Positions 42,162 to 53,765 of a DNA stretch of 64,000 bases are shown one piece after another (the stretch's first letter is position 1; the number at the start of each line of letters is the position of its first letter). The notes under the pieces are model-generated. The model saw only the letters and a program-made list of their open reading frames with translations. It was not told the DNA's origin and did no database searches. The stretch spans positions 1,760,001-1,824,000 of the forward strand of contig OZ242374.1 in NCBI GenBank assembly GCA_965209055.1. Direction: 5' to 3'. Made by a program: the position numbers and the translations under genes. This stretch comes from Acidobacteriota bacterium (GTDB lineage Bacteria > Acidobacteriota > UBA6911 > RPQK01 > JAJDTT01).

Positions 42162-43346
42162 ATGAAAATTCACGAGTTCCAGGCCAAGGAGATTCTGGCC
42201 CGGTACGGAGTCAGGATTCCCCGGGGAAAGGTCACCCAGAGTCCCGCCGAAGCTTTCGAGATCGCACGGTCCCTGGGAGGGATCGTGGCGGTCAAGGCCC
42301 AGGTCCATGCCGGGGGCCGCGGCAAGGGGGGAGGCGTCAGGATCGTCCGCTCTCCGGAAGAGGCGGAGCGGAGCACCCGGGCGATGCTGGGGACCCGGCT
42401 CGTGACTCCGCAGACCGGCCCGGAGGGGACCCTGGTGCGCCAGGTCTTGATCGAGGAGGGTTTGGACATCCGGCGGGAGTTCTACCTGGGCATGGTCATC
42501 GACCGGAGCCGGGAGCGTGCGGTGCTCATGGCCAGCACCGAAGGGGGCATGGAAATCGAGGAGGTGGCCCAGACGACTCCCGAACTGATCCTGAAGGAGC
42601 GGGTGGACCCGGCCTTGGGACTCCAGGGTTTCCAGGGAAGGAATCTGGCCTACGGTCTCGGTCTGGAGAAGAAGGCCGTGGGCCGGGCCGCCGGGTTCAT
42701 GAAGGCACTCTCCGAGGCCTTTGCCGCGACCGACGCCTCGCTGGTGGAGATCAACCCGCTGGTGCTGACCGGTGACGGCGAGTTCTACGCTCTGGACGCC
42801 AAGATGAACTTCGACGGCAACGCCCTCTACCGGCATCCGGAGCTGCGGGAGCTGCGCGACTATCACGAAGAGGAACCGCTGGAGATCCTGGCCAACCGTT
42901 CCGGCCTGAACTACATCAAGCTGGACGGGAACGTGGGCTGCATGGTCAACGGCGCCGGTCTGGCCATGGCCACCATGGACATCATCAAGTTGGCCGGCGG
43001 CAACCCGGCCAACTTTCTGGACGTGGGGGGCGGAGCCAGCGTGCAGCAGGTGAAGACGGCGTTCGAGATCCTGATTTCCGACCCCAGCGTCCGCTCCGTG
43101 CTGATCAACATTTTCGGTGGAATCATGCGCTGCGACACGCTGGCCGAGGGCGTGGTCCAAGCTGCGCGGGAAGTGGGTGTCGGCGTTCCGGTGGTGGTGC
43201 GGCTGGAGGGGACCAACGTCGAGCGAGGCCGGGAAATCCTCCGCGACTCGGGTCTGGATTTCGAAGTCGCGTATGGAATGCAGGATGCAGCCGAGAAGGT
43301 CTGTCGCCTGGCCGGCGAGGCTGCCCCGTCAACGGAGAATAATTGA
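42162..43346 (+). CDS. sucC: Succinyl-CoA ligase beta subunit
   Basis: [46 protein letters not shown]. Confidence 0.98.
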   Translation: MKIHEFQAKEILARYGVRIPRGKVTQSPAEAFEIARSLGGIVAVKAQVHAGGRGKGGGVRIVRSPEEAERSTRAMLGTRLVTPQTGPEGTLVRQVLIEEGLDIRREFYLGMVIDRSRERAVLMASTEGGMEIEEVAQTTPELILKERVDPALGLQGFQGRNLAYGLGLEKKAVGRAAGFMKALSEAFAATDASLVEINPLVLTGDGEFYALDAKMNFDGNALYRHPELRELRDYHEEEPLEILANRSGLNYIKLDGNVGCMVNGAGLAMATMDIIKLAGGNPANFLDVGGGASVQQVKTAFEILISDPSVRSVLINIFGGIMRCDTLAEGVVQAAREVGVGVPVVVRLEGTNVERGREILRDSGLDFEVAYGMQDAAEKVCRLAGEAAPSTENN

Positions 43347-44216
43347 GTGTCAATCTGGGTGGATTCGACGACGCGAGTCGTGGTTCAGGGCATCACGGGC
43401 CGTGAGGGCAGCTTTCACGCGGCCCAGTGCCGCAGCTACGGCACCCAGGTGGTCGCCGGCGTCACTCCCGGCAAGGGAGGATCCCGGCACGACGGCCTTC
43501 CCGTCTACAACACGGTCCGGGAAGCCGCCGCCCGGGAGGAAGCCGACGCCAGCGTGATCTTCGTGCCGCCCCCCTTTGCCGCCGACGCCATTCTGGAGGC
43601 GGCCGACGCCGGCCTGGAACTGGTGGTCTGCATCACCGAGGGGATCCCGGCGCGGGACATGCTGCAGGTCTGCAACTTCCTCAGGGGCCGAAAGACGCGC
43701 CTCATCGGTCCCAACTGTCCCGGCATCATCTCTCCCGGCCAGTGCAAGATCGGGATCATGCCGGGGCACATCCACCGTCCCGGAAGGGTGGGATGCATTT
43801 CCCGGAGCGGCACCCTGACCTATGAGGCGGTGGACCAGCTCACCTCCCGGGGCATCGGGCAGAGCACCTGCATCGGGATCGGAGGCGATCCTCTCATCGG
43901 GACCGGGTTCATCGACGCCCTGGAAGCCTTCGGAAAGGATCCGGATACGGACGCGGTGGTCCTGATCGGAGAAATCGGCGGCAGCGCGGAAGAAGAGGCG
44001 GCGGAGTACATCCGGGACCACTTCCGGAAACCGGTGGTCGGTTTCATCGCCGGTCAGACGGCGCCCCCGGGCCGCCGCATGGGCCACGCCGGCGCCATCA
44101 TCTCCCAGGGCAAGGGAACGGCGGCGGAAAAGATGGAGACGATGCGGCGGTGCGGCGTTCGCGTGTTGGAGAGTCCGGCCCGGATCGGCGCCGCCATGGA
44201 GGAAGCCCTGGGATGA
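43347..44216 (+). CDS. sucD: Succinyl-CoA ligase alpha subunit
   Basis: [29 protein letters not shown]. Confidence 0.98.
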   Translation: MSIWVDSTTRVVVQGITGREGSFHAAQCRSYGTQVVAGVTPGKGGSRHDGLPVYNTVREAAAREEADASVIFVPPPFAADAILEAADAGLELVVCITEGIPARDMLQVCNFLRGRKTRLIGPNCPGIISPGQCKIGIMPGHIHRPGRVGCISRSGTLTYEAVDQLTSRGIGQSTCIGIGGDPLIGTGFIDALEAFGKDPDTDAVVLIGEIGGSAEEEAAEYIRDHFRKPVVGFIAGQTAPPGRRMGHAGAIISQGKGTAAEKMETMRRCGVRVLESPARIGAAMEEALG

Positions 44217-44632
44217 ACCAGTCCACTCTGGGCATCGTCAAGCCGGACGCGGTGAAGACCGGGTCGCTGGGCGCCATTCTGAAACGGCTCGAGGCGGACG
44301 GCCTGACCGTCGCTGGCTTGAAGATGGTGCACCTGACCCGGGAGCTGGCTCAGGGATTCTACGCGGTGCACCGCAGCCGCCCCTTCTTCGACAGTTTGAC
44401 GGACTTCATGTCCGAGGGGCCGTGCGTGGTCATGGTTCTCAGGGGGGAAAACGCCATCGATCGCTGGCGGGCCCTGATGGGCGCCACCGACCCGGGCCAG
44501 GCCGGCGAGGGGACGATCCGCAAGGACTTCGGCCAGAACATCGAGCGCAACGCCGTTCACGGCTCCGACAGTCCCGATTCGGCGAACTTCGAGATCGCTT
44601 ACTTCTTCAACGCTCTGGAACTCTCCGGGTAG
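44213..44632 (+). CDS. ndk: Nucleoside diphosphate kinase
   Basis: [27 protein letters not shown]. Confidence 0.97.
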   Translation: MNQSTLGIVKPDAVKTGSLGAILKRLEADGLTVAGLKMVHLTRELAQGFYAVHRSRPFFDSLTDFMSEGPCVVMVLRGENAIDRWRALMGATDPGQAGEGTIRKDFGQNIERNAVHGSDSPDSANFEIAYFFNALELSG

Positions 44633-44639
44633 GCCCCCC

Positions 44640-44861
44640 ATGTTCCAAGACCTGGGAAAAGTCCTGATCTTCCTGGGACTGGCCCTGGCGGCGGCCGGAT
44701 TGTTGCTGACCTGGATGCCGTCGCTGAGGCTGGGACGCCTTCCGGGGGACTTGCACATCCGGCGGGAAAACTGGAGCCTGCACTTTCCCGTCGTCACCTG
44801 CCTGCTGGTCAGCGTCGCCCTGACTCTCGCCTACTGGCTGATCCAGTGGTTCCGGCGTTAG
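44640..44861 (+). CDS. DUF2905 family small membrane protein
   Basis: LGRLPGDLHIRRENWSLHFPVVTCLLVS. Confidence 0.85.
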   Translation: MFQDLGKVLIFLGLALAAAGLLLTWMPSLRLGRLPGDLHIRRENWSLHFPVVTCLLVSVALTLAYWLIQWFRR

Positions 44862-44866
44862 CCCGC

Positions 44867-45886
44867 ATGTCTTCCGGCGAAACCATGACCTTCGCCCGGT
44901 TCATGGAGCTCTGCCTCTATGAACCGGAAACAGGCTATTACCGGCGCGGGGCCAAGGTCTTCGGTCCCCGCGGAGACTTCTACACGTCTCCCTATACCCA
45001 TCCCCTGTTCGCCCGGATCCTGGGAGACGCCCTGGCCGGGTATCTGTCCCGCCTGGACGGGGATGGGCCCTTGGACCTCGTCGAGCTGGGCGCCGGCGAG
45101 GGGATTCTGGGAAAGGGCGTGCTGGACCGGCTGGCGAACCGGCATCCCGGGATCTTCGCCCGCGTCCGATACCGGGGCGTGGAGTTTGGAGACGCCGGCC
45201 TGCCGGACCGAATCCACGGCGCCGTCTTCTCCAACGAACTCTTCGACGCGCTGCCGGTGCACCGGGTGCGGGTGTCCCAATCCGAATTGAAGGAGATCTT
45301 CGTCCGCCTGGGCGAGCCTGTTGCCGAGGTGGAGGGAGAACTCTCCGACCCGCGCATTCCGGAGTACATGCGGCTCGGATTCCCCCGTTGGCGCGAGGGA
45401 TACGTCTACGAGGCGAATCTCCGGATGGTGGAGGTCCTGGAAGACCTGGACCGCCGCATCCATCGGGGTTTCGTCCTCACCCTGGATTACGGATTCGAGG
45501 CGTCCGAATACGAGGCCATGGACCGGAGGGACGGCACGTTGCTCTGCTACCATCGCCACCGGGTTCATTCCGACCCCTACATCAATCTGGGCCGCCAGGA
45601 CCTGACCTCCCACGTCAATTTTCGAGTGTTCCGCAAGACGGCTGCGCGCCTGGGCTGGAACAACCGTCCGCTTCGAAGCCAGCGCCGGTTCCTGATGAAA
45701 TGGGGCCTGGAGGCCCGCTTGCTGGAAGAGGAGAGGAGGGGCATTCTGCGGGCGGAAAGAGTGGAGGATCGGCTCGGAATCAAGGCCCTCCTGGCGCCGG
45801 GGGGAATCTCCGATACACTCAAGGTGCAGGTGCAGGCGGTCCGCATCCCGGCGGCAGGCGGCAGCTTCGGAGCAAGCCGGATCTGA
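44867..45886 (+). CDS. SAM-dependent methyltransferase, MidA/NDUFAF7 family
   Basis: FARFMELCLY, GYY, GDFYTSP, ELGAGEG, SNELFDALPVH, LDYG, QDLTSHVNF. Confidence 0.9.
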   Translation: MSSGETMTFARFMELCLYEPETGYYRRGAKVFGPRGDFYTSPYTHPLFARILGDALAGYLSRLDGDGPLDLVELGAGEGILGKGVLDRLANRHPGIFARVRYRGVEFGDAGLPDRIHGAVFSNELFDALPVHRVRVSQSELKEIFVRLGEPVAEVEGELSDPRIPEYMRLGFPRWREGYVYEANLRMVEVLEDLDRRIHRGFVLTLDYGFEASEYEAMDRRDGTLLCYHRHRVHSDPYINLGRQDLTSHVNFRVFRKTAARLGWNNRPLRSQRRFLMKWGLEARLLEEERRGILRAERVEDRLGIKALLAPGGISDTLKVQVQAVRIPAAGGSFGASRI

Positions 45887-45926
45887 TACAATCCGGTTTC
45901 CGAGCCTGAGGTTGCCGGGGAGGGGA

Positions 45927-46003
45927 TGGTGGGCGATACCGGATTCGAACCAGTGACCTCCGCCGTGTGAAGACGGCGCTCTAACCAGCTGAGCTAATCG
46001 CCC
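45927..46003 (-). tRNA. tRNA-Val(CAC)
   Basis: GGGCGAT acceptor, CCGTC-TTCACAC-GGCGG, GGTTCGAATCC, CCA end. Confidence 0.96.
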
Positions 46004-46038
46004 GAAACAGGAAATTCATTCTAGAAAGTCGTGTCGAA

Positions 46039-47037
46039 GTGAGTCAACTACTGGACCTGATCATCATCGGAGCCGGACCCGCGGGTCTGGCCTGCGCCAT
46101 CGAAGCCCGGAAACGGGGTCTGGACTTCTGGGTGGTGGAGCGAGGCTGCCTCGTCAACTCCATTTACAGATATCCGGTCAACATGACCTTTTTCACCACC
46201 GCCGATCTCCTGGAAATCGGCGACGTGCCCATGATCATCTCCGCCGACAAGCCCAAGCGGGTCGACGGCCTCAAGTACTATCGCCGCGTCGTGGAGCACT
46301 ACCAGCTTCCCATTCGGGACTACGAGGAGGTTCTCACCGTCCAGGGAAGTCTGGGGAACTTCATGGTGAATACCCGGGACCGGCTGGGAAACCCGCACGA
46401 CTATCACACCCGCCGGATCGTGGTGGCCACGGGCTACTACGACAATCCCAACCTGCTGGGAATTCCCGGAGAGGACCTGCCCAAAGTCAGCCACTACTAC
46501 ACCGATCCCCACCCCTACTACGGCAAGAACGTGGCCATCATCGGGGGGAACAACTCCGCCGCCGAGGCGGCCCTGGAACTGTTCCGCAGCGGATCGAACG
46601 TGACGTTGATTCACCGGGGCGAGCGCATGGGAAGCAAGATCAAGTATTGGGTCCTTCCCGACATCGAGAACCGGATCAAGAACGGAGAGATCCCGGCCCT
46701 CCTGTCCAGCCGCGTGGTGGAGATCCGGCCCCGGAAGATCGTGGTCGAGACGCCGGGCGGAATCGTGGAGCTGGACAACGACTTCGTCCTGGCCATGACC
46801 GGCTACCACCCCGACTCCGATTTCTTGCGGCAGATGGGAATCCGGGTCGAATCCGAGACCCACATTCCCGACCACGACCCCGAGACCCTGGAAACCAACG
46901 TCGCCGGCATCTATCTGGCCGGTTCCATCTGCGCCGGCAAGATGACGAACCGCATCTTCATCGAGAACGGACGCTTCCACGGCGGCCAGATCTTCCGCCA
47001 TTGGGAGTTTCCCGCACCGGCGGCGACGGCGGACTGA
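46039..47037 (+). CDS. YpdA family putative bacillithiol disulfide reductase
   Basis: GAGPAG, GCLVNSIYRYP..MTFFTT, ATGYYDNPN, SHYY, IKYWVLPDIENRI, FIENGRFHG. Confidence 0.88.
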   Translation: MSQLLDLIIIGAGPAGLACAIEARKRGLDFWVVERGCLVNSIYRYPVNMTFFTTADLLEIGDVPMIISADKPKRVDGLKYYRRVVEHYQLPIRDYEEVLTVQGSLGNFMVNTRDRLGNPHDYHTRRIVVATGYYDNPNLLGIPGEDLPKVSHYYTDPHPYYGKNVAIIGGNNSAAEAALELFRSGSNVTLIHRGERMGSKIKYWVLPDIENRIKNGEIPALLSSRVVEIRPRKIVVETPGGIVELDNDFVLAMTGYHPDSDFLRQMGIRVESETHIPDHDPETLETNVAGIYLAGSICAGKMTNRIFIENGRFHGGQIFRHWEFPAPAATAD

Positions 47038-47068
47038 CCGCCGTCCCAACTTCACTCGACACAAGCCG

Positions 47069-48406
47069 ATGCAGCGTAGCCGTTTCCGAGTGGCCATCGT
47101 GGGGCGGCCCAACGTCGGGAAATCCACACTTTTCAATCGGCTGACCGGGACCCGCCGAGCCTTGGTGGACCGCCGTCCGGGAATGACCCGGGACCGGATC
47201 TGCGGGATGGCCGAATGGAGCGGCCGGACTTTCGAGGTCATGGACACGGGCGGCATCACGCCGGGGGACCGGGAACATATTCCCGAGCAGGTTCTCCGGC
47301 AGGTGGAGGTCGCCATCGGGGAAGCGGACCTCATCCTCCTGGTGGTCGACGTGCGCGACGGTCTGCAGCCCCTGGACGAGAGTCTGAGCTCCATGCTGAG
47401 AGCCCGTGGCCGGGAGCCGGTGCTGGTGGTGAACAAGGTGGAGACTCTCCGCATGGAAACGGAGGCGCTCCAGTTCCATTCCCTGGGACTGAGGCATCTG
47501 TTTCCGGTTTCCGCCGAGCACAACCTTCAAATGGAGCCCTTGATCGGAGAGATCCTGACCCGTCTGCCCGATGCGGCTCCCGGCGCCTCCAAAGCCGAGG
47601 AGATCCGGGTCGCCATCGTGGGGCGTCCCAACGTGGGCAAGTCTTCTCTGCTGAACCGGATCGTGGGTGAGGAACGCTCGATCGTGACTTCGATTCCGGG
47701 CACGACCCGAGACGCCGTGGACACGCTGATTCGCGTGGGGGCTCAGGCGTACCGGTTCGTGGACACCGCGGGAATTCGCAGAAAGAGCAAGACGGTGGAG
47801 ATCGCCGAAAAGCTGAGCGTGGTCATGGCTCGCAAGAACCTGGAACGGGCCGACGTGGCGCTTCTGGTGCTGGATGCCTCCGAACCTCCCACCACTCTCG
47901 ACGCAATCATCGGAAGGTACGCCCAGGACGCGGGCGCCTCCATTCTGATTGCGGTCAACAAGTCCGACCTGATGCCCTCCGATCCGGAAACTCGCGCCGG
48001 CATGACCGCGGCCTACCGGGACCGGATGCCGGCCCTGGTCTTCGCGCCGCTGGCCTTCGTGTCGGCCAAGACGGGAAGCGGCGTCTCCAGGATCTTCTCC
48101 CGGGTGGACCGGGCCTACGAGGGCCGGATGATCCGGGTCGGAACCGCCGAGCTGAACGTCTACCTGGAACGGTACGTGGCCCAGGCTCTGACCCCCGAGG
48201 GAAGCGCCCGGAAATCGCGCTTGAAGTACGCCTGTCAGGTGGCGACGGCTCCTCCCACCTTCGTCTTTTTCACGCGGGGATCCGGCAAGCTGGATCCTCC
48301 CACCCGCCGGCATCTGGCCCGGCGGCTTCGGGAGAAATACCATTTTCACGCCACGCCGATCCGGATCCTGCAACGCAGCGGAAAGAGGAGGCAGGAGCTG
48401 TCTTGA
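47069..48406 (+). CDS. der: Ribosome biogenesis GTPase Der
   Basis: Two GRPNVGKS P-loops, DTGG/DTAG, C-terminal KH-like domain. Confidence 0.96.
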   Translation: MQRSRFRVAIVGRPNVGKSTLFNRLTGTRRALVDRRPGMTRDRICGMAEWSGRTFEVMDTGGITPGDREHIPEQVLRQVEVAIGEADLILLVVDVRDGLQPLDESLSSMLRARGREPVLVVNKVETLRMETEALQFHSLGLRHLFPVSAEHNLQMEPLIGEILTRLPDAAPGASKAEEIRVAIVGRPNVGKSSLLNRIVGEERSIVTSIPGTTRDAVDTLIRVGAQAYRFVDTAGIRRKSKTVEIAEKLSVVMARKNLERADVALLVLDASEPPTTLDAIIGRYAQDAGASILIAVNKSDLMPSDPETRAGMTAAYRDRMPALVFAPLAFVSAKTGSGVSRIFSRVDRAYEGRMIRVGTAELNVYLERYVAQALTPEGSARKSRLKYACQVATAPPTFVFFTRGSGKLDPPTRRHLARRLREKYHFHATPIRILQRSGKRRQELS

Positions 48407-48472
48407 CACCCGAAAAAGGGCGTGCCTAATATGAATCGCAGCTTGTGACACCGCCTCCTGAGCAGGTATTTC

Positions 48473-48739
48473 ATGGTCAAAGCGGATCTGGCGCGCGCTG
48501 TCTACGAGACCCACGGCGGTTTGACTCATCAGGAGTCGAAGGAGGTGGTCAAGCTCATCTTCGACAGCATCAAGTCGGAACTGCTACGTGGAGAGAATGT
48601 GAAATTGTCCGGTTTCGGTTCGTTCCGCGTCATTTCACTGAAGCCTCGAATCGGCCGCAATCCCCAGACTCGAGCCCAGATGCGGCTGGGGCCGAGCCGG
48701 CGCGTGACGTTTCGCCCCTCTCGCCTGATCAACGTGTGA
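48473..48739 (+). CDS. Integration host factor alpha/HU family DNA-binding protein
   Basis: VKLSGFGSF, RIGRNPQT, RRVTFRPS; ihf-merR-tRNA-Pro synteny. Confidence 0.9.
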   Translation: MVKADLARAVYETHGGLTHQESKEVVKLIFDSIKSELLRGENVKLSGFGSFRVISLKPRIGRNPQTRAQMRLGPSRRVTFRPSRLINV

Positions 48740-48749
48740 ATCCATCCTG

Positions 48750-49172
48750 ATGGCCAGGAAAGGCAAGCTCTTCTACAAGATCGGGGAAGTCTGCAAGATC
48801 TGCGACGTTCCCGCTCACGTCCTGCGTTACTGGGAGACCGAATTCCCGCGGCTGTCCCCCAACAAGAACCGCTCCGGGCAACGCATCTTTCGGGAGAGAG
48901 ACGTGCAACTGGTGGCCGAAATCAAGCGGCTGCTGTACGAAGAGGGCTACACCATCGCCGGGGCCCGCAAGCAGCTCCGCCGAAACGGCGCCAACTTGCG
49001 GAAGACGCCGCTGTTCTCCAAGGCCGGGGCCGATTCTTCCAAGAAACTCCTGGCCCAGATCCGGGGCGAGCTTCAGGAACTGATGACGCTTCTGGACCAG
49101 GATCTTCCCTCCGCCAACAGGCGGCCGGCAAACCGGAAACAGCCCGGCGGGCGCGGCGAAAACGGCGAGTAG
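48750..49172 (+). CDS. MerR family transcriptional regulator
   Basis: YKIGEV, HVLRYWETEF, LLYEEGYTIAGAR. Confidence 0.92.
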   Translation: MARKGKLFYKIGEVCKICDVPAHVLRYWETEFPRLSPNKNRSGQRIFRERDVQLVAEIKRLLYEEGYTIAGARKQLRRNGANLRKTPLFSKAGADSSKKLLAQIRGELQELMTLLDQDLPSANRRPANRKQPGGRGENGE

Positions 49173-49263
49173 CCGGCTTTCGCGGCCGCTTGGCCCAACC
49201 GCCCGCGGCAAAAACCGTCACGGCTTTCCACACGGACTGCTATACTGGCCGTCATTCGCCGGC

Positions 49264-49340
49264 CGGGACGTGGCGCAGTCTGGTAGCGCACCTGAATGGG
49301 GTTCAGGAAGTCGGGAGTTCGAATCTCCCCGTCCCGACCA
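49264..49340 (+). tRNA. tRNA-Pro(GGG)
   Basis: CGGGACG acceptor, CCTGA-ATGGGGT-TCAGG, GAGTTCGAATCTC, CCA end. Confidence 0.96.
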
Positions 49341-49344
49341 ATAT

Positions 49345-49416
49345 TATCAACAACTTACAGCAATTCCGTTCTCTGAATTGAGGAGTTCTTTCGAAAAAGG
49401 TTCCATATGGGTTCCA
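49345..49416 (+). promoter_or_regulatory. att-site signature: IHF box and arm-like direct repeats
   Basis: TATCAACAACTTA (49345-49357) matches WATCAANNNNTTR; GGTTCCA occurs at 49399 and 49410. Confidence 0.55.
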
Positions 49417-49517
49417 AAAATACACCCGAAATTCCGAGCGGAGCGAACCGGCTCTTGAATATCGAAGGTCTCCCATTCCGATCCCACGACCTGTCGGACT
49501 GCTAGGACGGCCCGGAG

Positions 49518-49724
49518 ATGACGGAGCATGGGTTTTGAGCGACGGTGAGAACGACCCTGGATGAAGTGTTGGGATTCCGTCCCGACTTCATCCAGCACCA
49601 GTTTGCCCACGCGATGCGGGACCCCAACGGGTGGGCTTACAACCGCACGGCGTATCACCCTGAACGGCGAAAGATGATGCAGGAAGCGGACTACCTGGAT
49701 CAGTTGAAGGCTGTGAGAGAGTGA
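49518..49724 (+). pseudogene. C-terminal fragment of a P4-like tyrosine integrase
   Basis: MTEHGF*ATVRTTLDEVLGFRPDFIQHQFAHAMRDPNGWAYNRTAYHPERRKMMQEADYLDQLK; the catalytic R of HGFR is TGA. Confidence 0.85.
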
Positions 49725-49893
49725 TTCCGACTCAACCAGGCTTCTGGGCTTGAAAACTGTTTCGTAGTGCTGAGTTGGGGGGATCAAGTTGCGGGCAGGT
49801 CACCGTAGAAGATCACCTCCACGCTCAGGAGCGCCAGCTTGTAAGCCTACGCGAACGCATCGACCGCAGAGACGTCGCTTGAGAGCCTACTAG

Positions 49894-51662
49894 GAGCCTG
49901 TCCGAGAACTCAGCGTTGACCGATCCTTGTCCATAGCAATGCTCATGGGCAATGGCCCATGCTTGCGAATACCATCGAATCCTGCCCTCCAACCCCGTGG
50001 GAATCGATTTATTGGGCTATTTTCGACTCAGAAGCGGCCGATCAAGGCTGATTTTCGGCTTCACCCGCCTCACCCGCCCCTCTTTTGCGCCAACGCCGCC
50101 CGTTTTGCGTACTCCGGACACACCTCTCCCCGAACCGTCGTCAAAATGATTTTCTTGAGGTTGTGCGCGGCACACACCAGCGAGAACTCCCCGGCCACCC
50201 TCACCCTGCCACGCAGTCCGAACCCTCGGAAACTCGCGTTCTTGATCTGACCGAACACCGGCTCCACGATTACCTTGCGTCGCGCGTACAGCGCTCGGCT
50301 CTCCGGTTGCCTCATCCGCTCGTTCATGGCCCGGCGCAACCGCTCCTGACCGTTGCTCCTGATCGTGCGCGCCGCCCCCAACTTCGAACTGCAACAGCGA
50401 CGATAGTACCGACACGACACGCACACCTCGGCGTCGCCCTGATACACTCGTTGCCCCGAAGCCCGAGTCGTCTTTAGCGTCAGTAGCTGCCCCCCGGGGC
50501 AGTGGAAACCGTCCCGCTCCTCGTCGTAGCGAAAGTCCGCCTTCACCAGGCGACGGTCACTCTCCTCCAGACTCCCTTTGCCCGCCTTCTCTCCCCGGTC
50601 CGTCGCCACGTAGGCCTCGACCTCCCGTTCCGACAACTCCTGCAGGTTCTTCCCCGAATAGTAGCCGTGGTCCAGGCTCAGCTTTTCCGGCACCCGACCG
50701 GTCGCCGCCTCCACCTCATTCAGCGCCGGACTCACCTCCCGGTAATCGTTCGCCTGCTGACTCACGTGCTGCCCCACGATCACCTGCGCCTTCTCGTCCA
50801 CGCTGATCTGGGCGTTGTACGCGTACTCGAACCCCCCTTTTTGCTTCATGATCCGCGCGTCCGTGTCCGCAAAGCTGATCTGCTTCTTCTCGGCGATCCC
50901 TTCACCCGGTCTCAACTCGGCCTCGCGCCTCTGAAGCGCCCGCTTCGCCGCCTGGATCTTCTTCAATCGCGTCTTCTTGTCCCGCAAATCCTCCGGCAAC
51001 TCGTAGCCCGTGCGCTCCTGGTAGGCTCGGTCTCCTTCCTCGTCGCAACGGTCCGCCTGCGCCGTCATGGCTTCGATCTCCTCGCACAACTCCTGCTCCC
51101 ATTGCTTGAGCCGTCCGTAGCTCATCGCCTTGTGCTTCGAGCTGTTCGCCTTGAACTTGGAACCGTCCAGACTCACGTGTCCCAACCTCACCAGACCCAG
51201 CCCCATCGCCAAGGCCACCGTCTGTTTGAAGCAGGCCCGGAAAAACACCCCGTGGTCCTTCCGGAAATCGCTCAACACCCGGAAGTTCGGGCAGTTCATC
51301 CCGGCGATGTACAAGAATCCCAGATCCTCCCGGCACCGCTTCTCGATCTCCCGCGAACTGAACACCCCGTGACTGTAGGCGTAGATCAGGATCGAGACGA
51401 CCTGACCGGGAGGGTAGGCTCGCTGACCCCGGGGCTGTACTGGGCTTCCACTTCCGACGTGTCCAGTTGCCCGAACAGTTCCCGATAGAGGAAACAATCG
51501 TGATCCTCCGGCAACAGATCGAACACATTGGCCGGAAACAGCTGACTCTGGTAGTAGTCTTTCGGATAGGCTTTGAATCGCGGGGGCATCCAACACTCTC
51601 CTGATGATCAGATGCCCTGATTTTAAGGAGCTTCGGTGACAGCCCCGTTCTCGGACAGGCTC
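49894..51662 (-). mobile_element. IS1182-family insertion sequence
   Basis: Perfect 16-bp IRs GAGCCTGTCCGAGAAC / GTTCTCGGACAGGCTC, flanked on both sides by CTAG. Confidence 0.9.
50070..51589 (-). pseudogene. IS1182 transposase with frameshift near 51430
   Basis: MPPRFKAY..EAQYSP switches frame to RGQRAYPP..YAYSHGVFSSREIE, LDGSKFKANSSKH, YNAQI, VEPVFGQIK. Confidence 0.85.
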
Positions 51663-51736
51663 CTAGGAGAAATATCGAGAGAACCTGAAAATTATGCGTT
51701 CAGAGGGGATGTGTTGGATCGGCGATGCTGGACTAA

Positions 51737-53765
51737 GCGGAACTTCACTGCCCCCCAAACCCTAGCAAATCATTGAAATAGCGCCGGTTACGGTTCGCTA
51801 GACTCACTCTATAACTGGATATTTGTTTCCATGTATGGGATCGGTGTGTTTGTCAGTATTATCCTGTATCATTTGCATATCAGTGCTCATTACTGTTTCC
51901 ATGTAAGAGGTCGCCTCCCCATGTCCTACCACGTCGATGTCATCCCCAACCGCAACAGCCCCCCTGCCATCCTCTTCCGCCACGCCAAACGCGAGGGCAA
52001 ACGCATCCGCCGCACCACCCTCGCCAACCTCTCCAAGCTCCCCCCGGAGATCGTCGACGGCATCCGCGCCCTGCTCAAGGGTGGTCAAGTCTTCCACCCC
52101 CTGGACGACACCCTCTCCATTCGCCGCGCCCTGCCCCACGGCCATGTCGCTGCTCTCCTCGGCCTCGCCCGCCAACTCGGTCTGACACGCCTCCTGCACC
52201 GCAACCGCAGCCGCAACCGCGACCTCGCCCTCGCCGCCATCGTCGCCCGTGTGCTGGATCCCGCTTCCAAGCTCGCCACCGCCCGGAACCTGTCTCCCCA
52301 GACCGCCACCACCAGCCTCGGCCCGCTCCTCGGCCTCGGGCCGGTCCACGGCAACGAGATGCTCGGCATGCTCGACTGGTTGGTTCGCCGCCAAGTCTGG
52401 ATCGAGAAGAGCTTAGCGCGACGGCATCGGCCGGACCCTGCTGCTTTACGACGTCTCCTCCAGCTATCTGGAGGGACGCTCCTGTCCTCTGGCCGCGTTC
52501 GGCCATAACCGGGACGGCAAGAAAGGCAAGCCCCAGATCGTCTTCGGTCTGCTGTGCGCCGAGGACGGCTGCCCGCTGGCCGTGGAGGTCTTCTCCGGCA
52601 ACACAGGGGATCCGAAGACGGTGGCGTCGCAGGTCGAGAAGATCCAGGGGCGTTTCGGCATCGAGTCCATCGCCTTGGTCGGGGACCGCGGCATGCTCAC
52701 CACGGCGCGGCTGCGCGAGGATCTCTCACCGGCCGGACTGGCCTGGATCTCGGCCTTGAGAACCGACGCCATCCGCAAGCTGATGCGGCCGTCCAAATCG
52801 GGCACTGAAGGGGATCAGCCGGCTCCGTTGCGGCCGGGCGAGTTGGTTCCGGACCGGGTCGCGGAGATCCTCAGCCCGGAATTTCCCGGAGAACGCCTGC
52901 TGGTCTGCCTCAATCCCCGCTTGCGCCAGGACCGCGCCCGCAAGCGCGAGGAACTGCTGAAGGCGACCGAGGAGATTCTGGAGACGATCGCCAAGGCTGT
53001 GCGCTCCCCGAGATCGCAGCTGCGCGGCCAACAGGCGATCAACCGCCGGGTGGGCCGGGACGTGAACCGCAAGAAGGTCGCCAAGCACTTCCGGATCGAG
53101 GTGAGAGACGACGACATCCGCTGGTCCAGGAACCAGGAGAAGATCGACGCGGAGGCTCAACTGGATGGCATCTACATCGTGCGCACCAGCCTGGCGGCCT
53201 CCGAGATCGGGGCCTCGGAGGCGGTGGAGGCTTACAAGAGTCTCTCCCGGGTGGAACGGGCGTTTCGCTCGCTCAAGACGGCGCAGCTGGCCCTGCGCCC
53301 GGTGTACGTCTACAGCGAGGCCCATGTGCGCGGGCATGTCTTTCTGTGTCTGCTGGCGTATTACCTGGAGTGGCACCTGCGGCGAGCCCTGGCGCCGCTG
53401 CTGTTCGAGGAGGAGGATCGGGCCGGGGCGCGAGCGCTGCGGAAATCCCCGGTGGAAAAAGCGCAGGTGTCCGAGCGCACGAAGGCCAAGGCCTCGCGCA
53501 AACGGACCACTGACGGGCTCCCGGTGCAGAGCCTCCGGACGCTGCTGGCGAATCTCGGAACGCTCACCCTGAACCAGGTGGCTCTGCCGAACGCCCCGCA
53601 GCATCCGTTTGCGATGTTCGCCAAGCCGACGCCGGTGCAGGCGAAGGCTTTCGATTTGCTCGGCGTGGATCCGACCCGATTTGTTGCCAGTAAATGGCCA
53701 GGTTGATTTCTTCTATCTTCCTGATAGAGAAACAGTTAGACCGACTACCCGAAGTGAAGTTCCGA
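51737..53765 (+). mobile_element. IS1634-family insertion sequence
   Basis: Terminal IR core CGGAACTTCAC / GTGAAGTTCCG, flanked by CTAA on both sides. Confidence 0.8.
51921..53706 (+). pseudogene. IS1634 transposase with frameshift near 52430
   Basis: RTTLANLSKLP, RALPHGHVAA, SKLATAR, then shift to LYDVSSSYLEG..GHNRDGKKGKPQI, VGDRGM, VERAFRSLK. Confidence 0.85.

Noticed and set aside
42078-43160. Apparent 992-aa S9 peptidase
   Set aside because: The first ~360 residues are mostly antisense to sucC; peptidase-like sequence begins at about 42077.
51420-51440. Programmed frameshift in the IS1182 transposase
   Set aside because: IS1182 transposases are normally single ORFs and there is no A-rich slippery site; a homopolymer indel or sequencing error is simpler.
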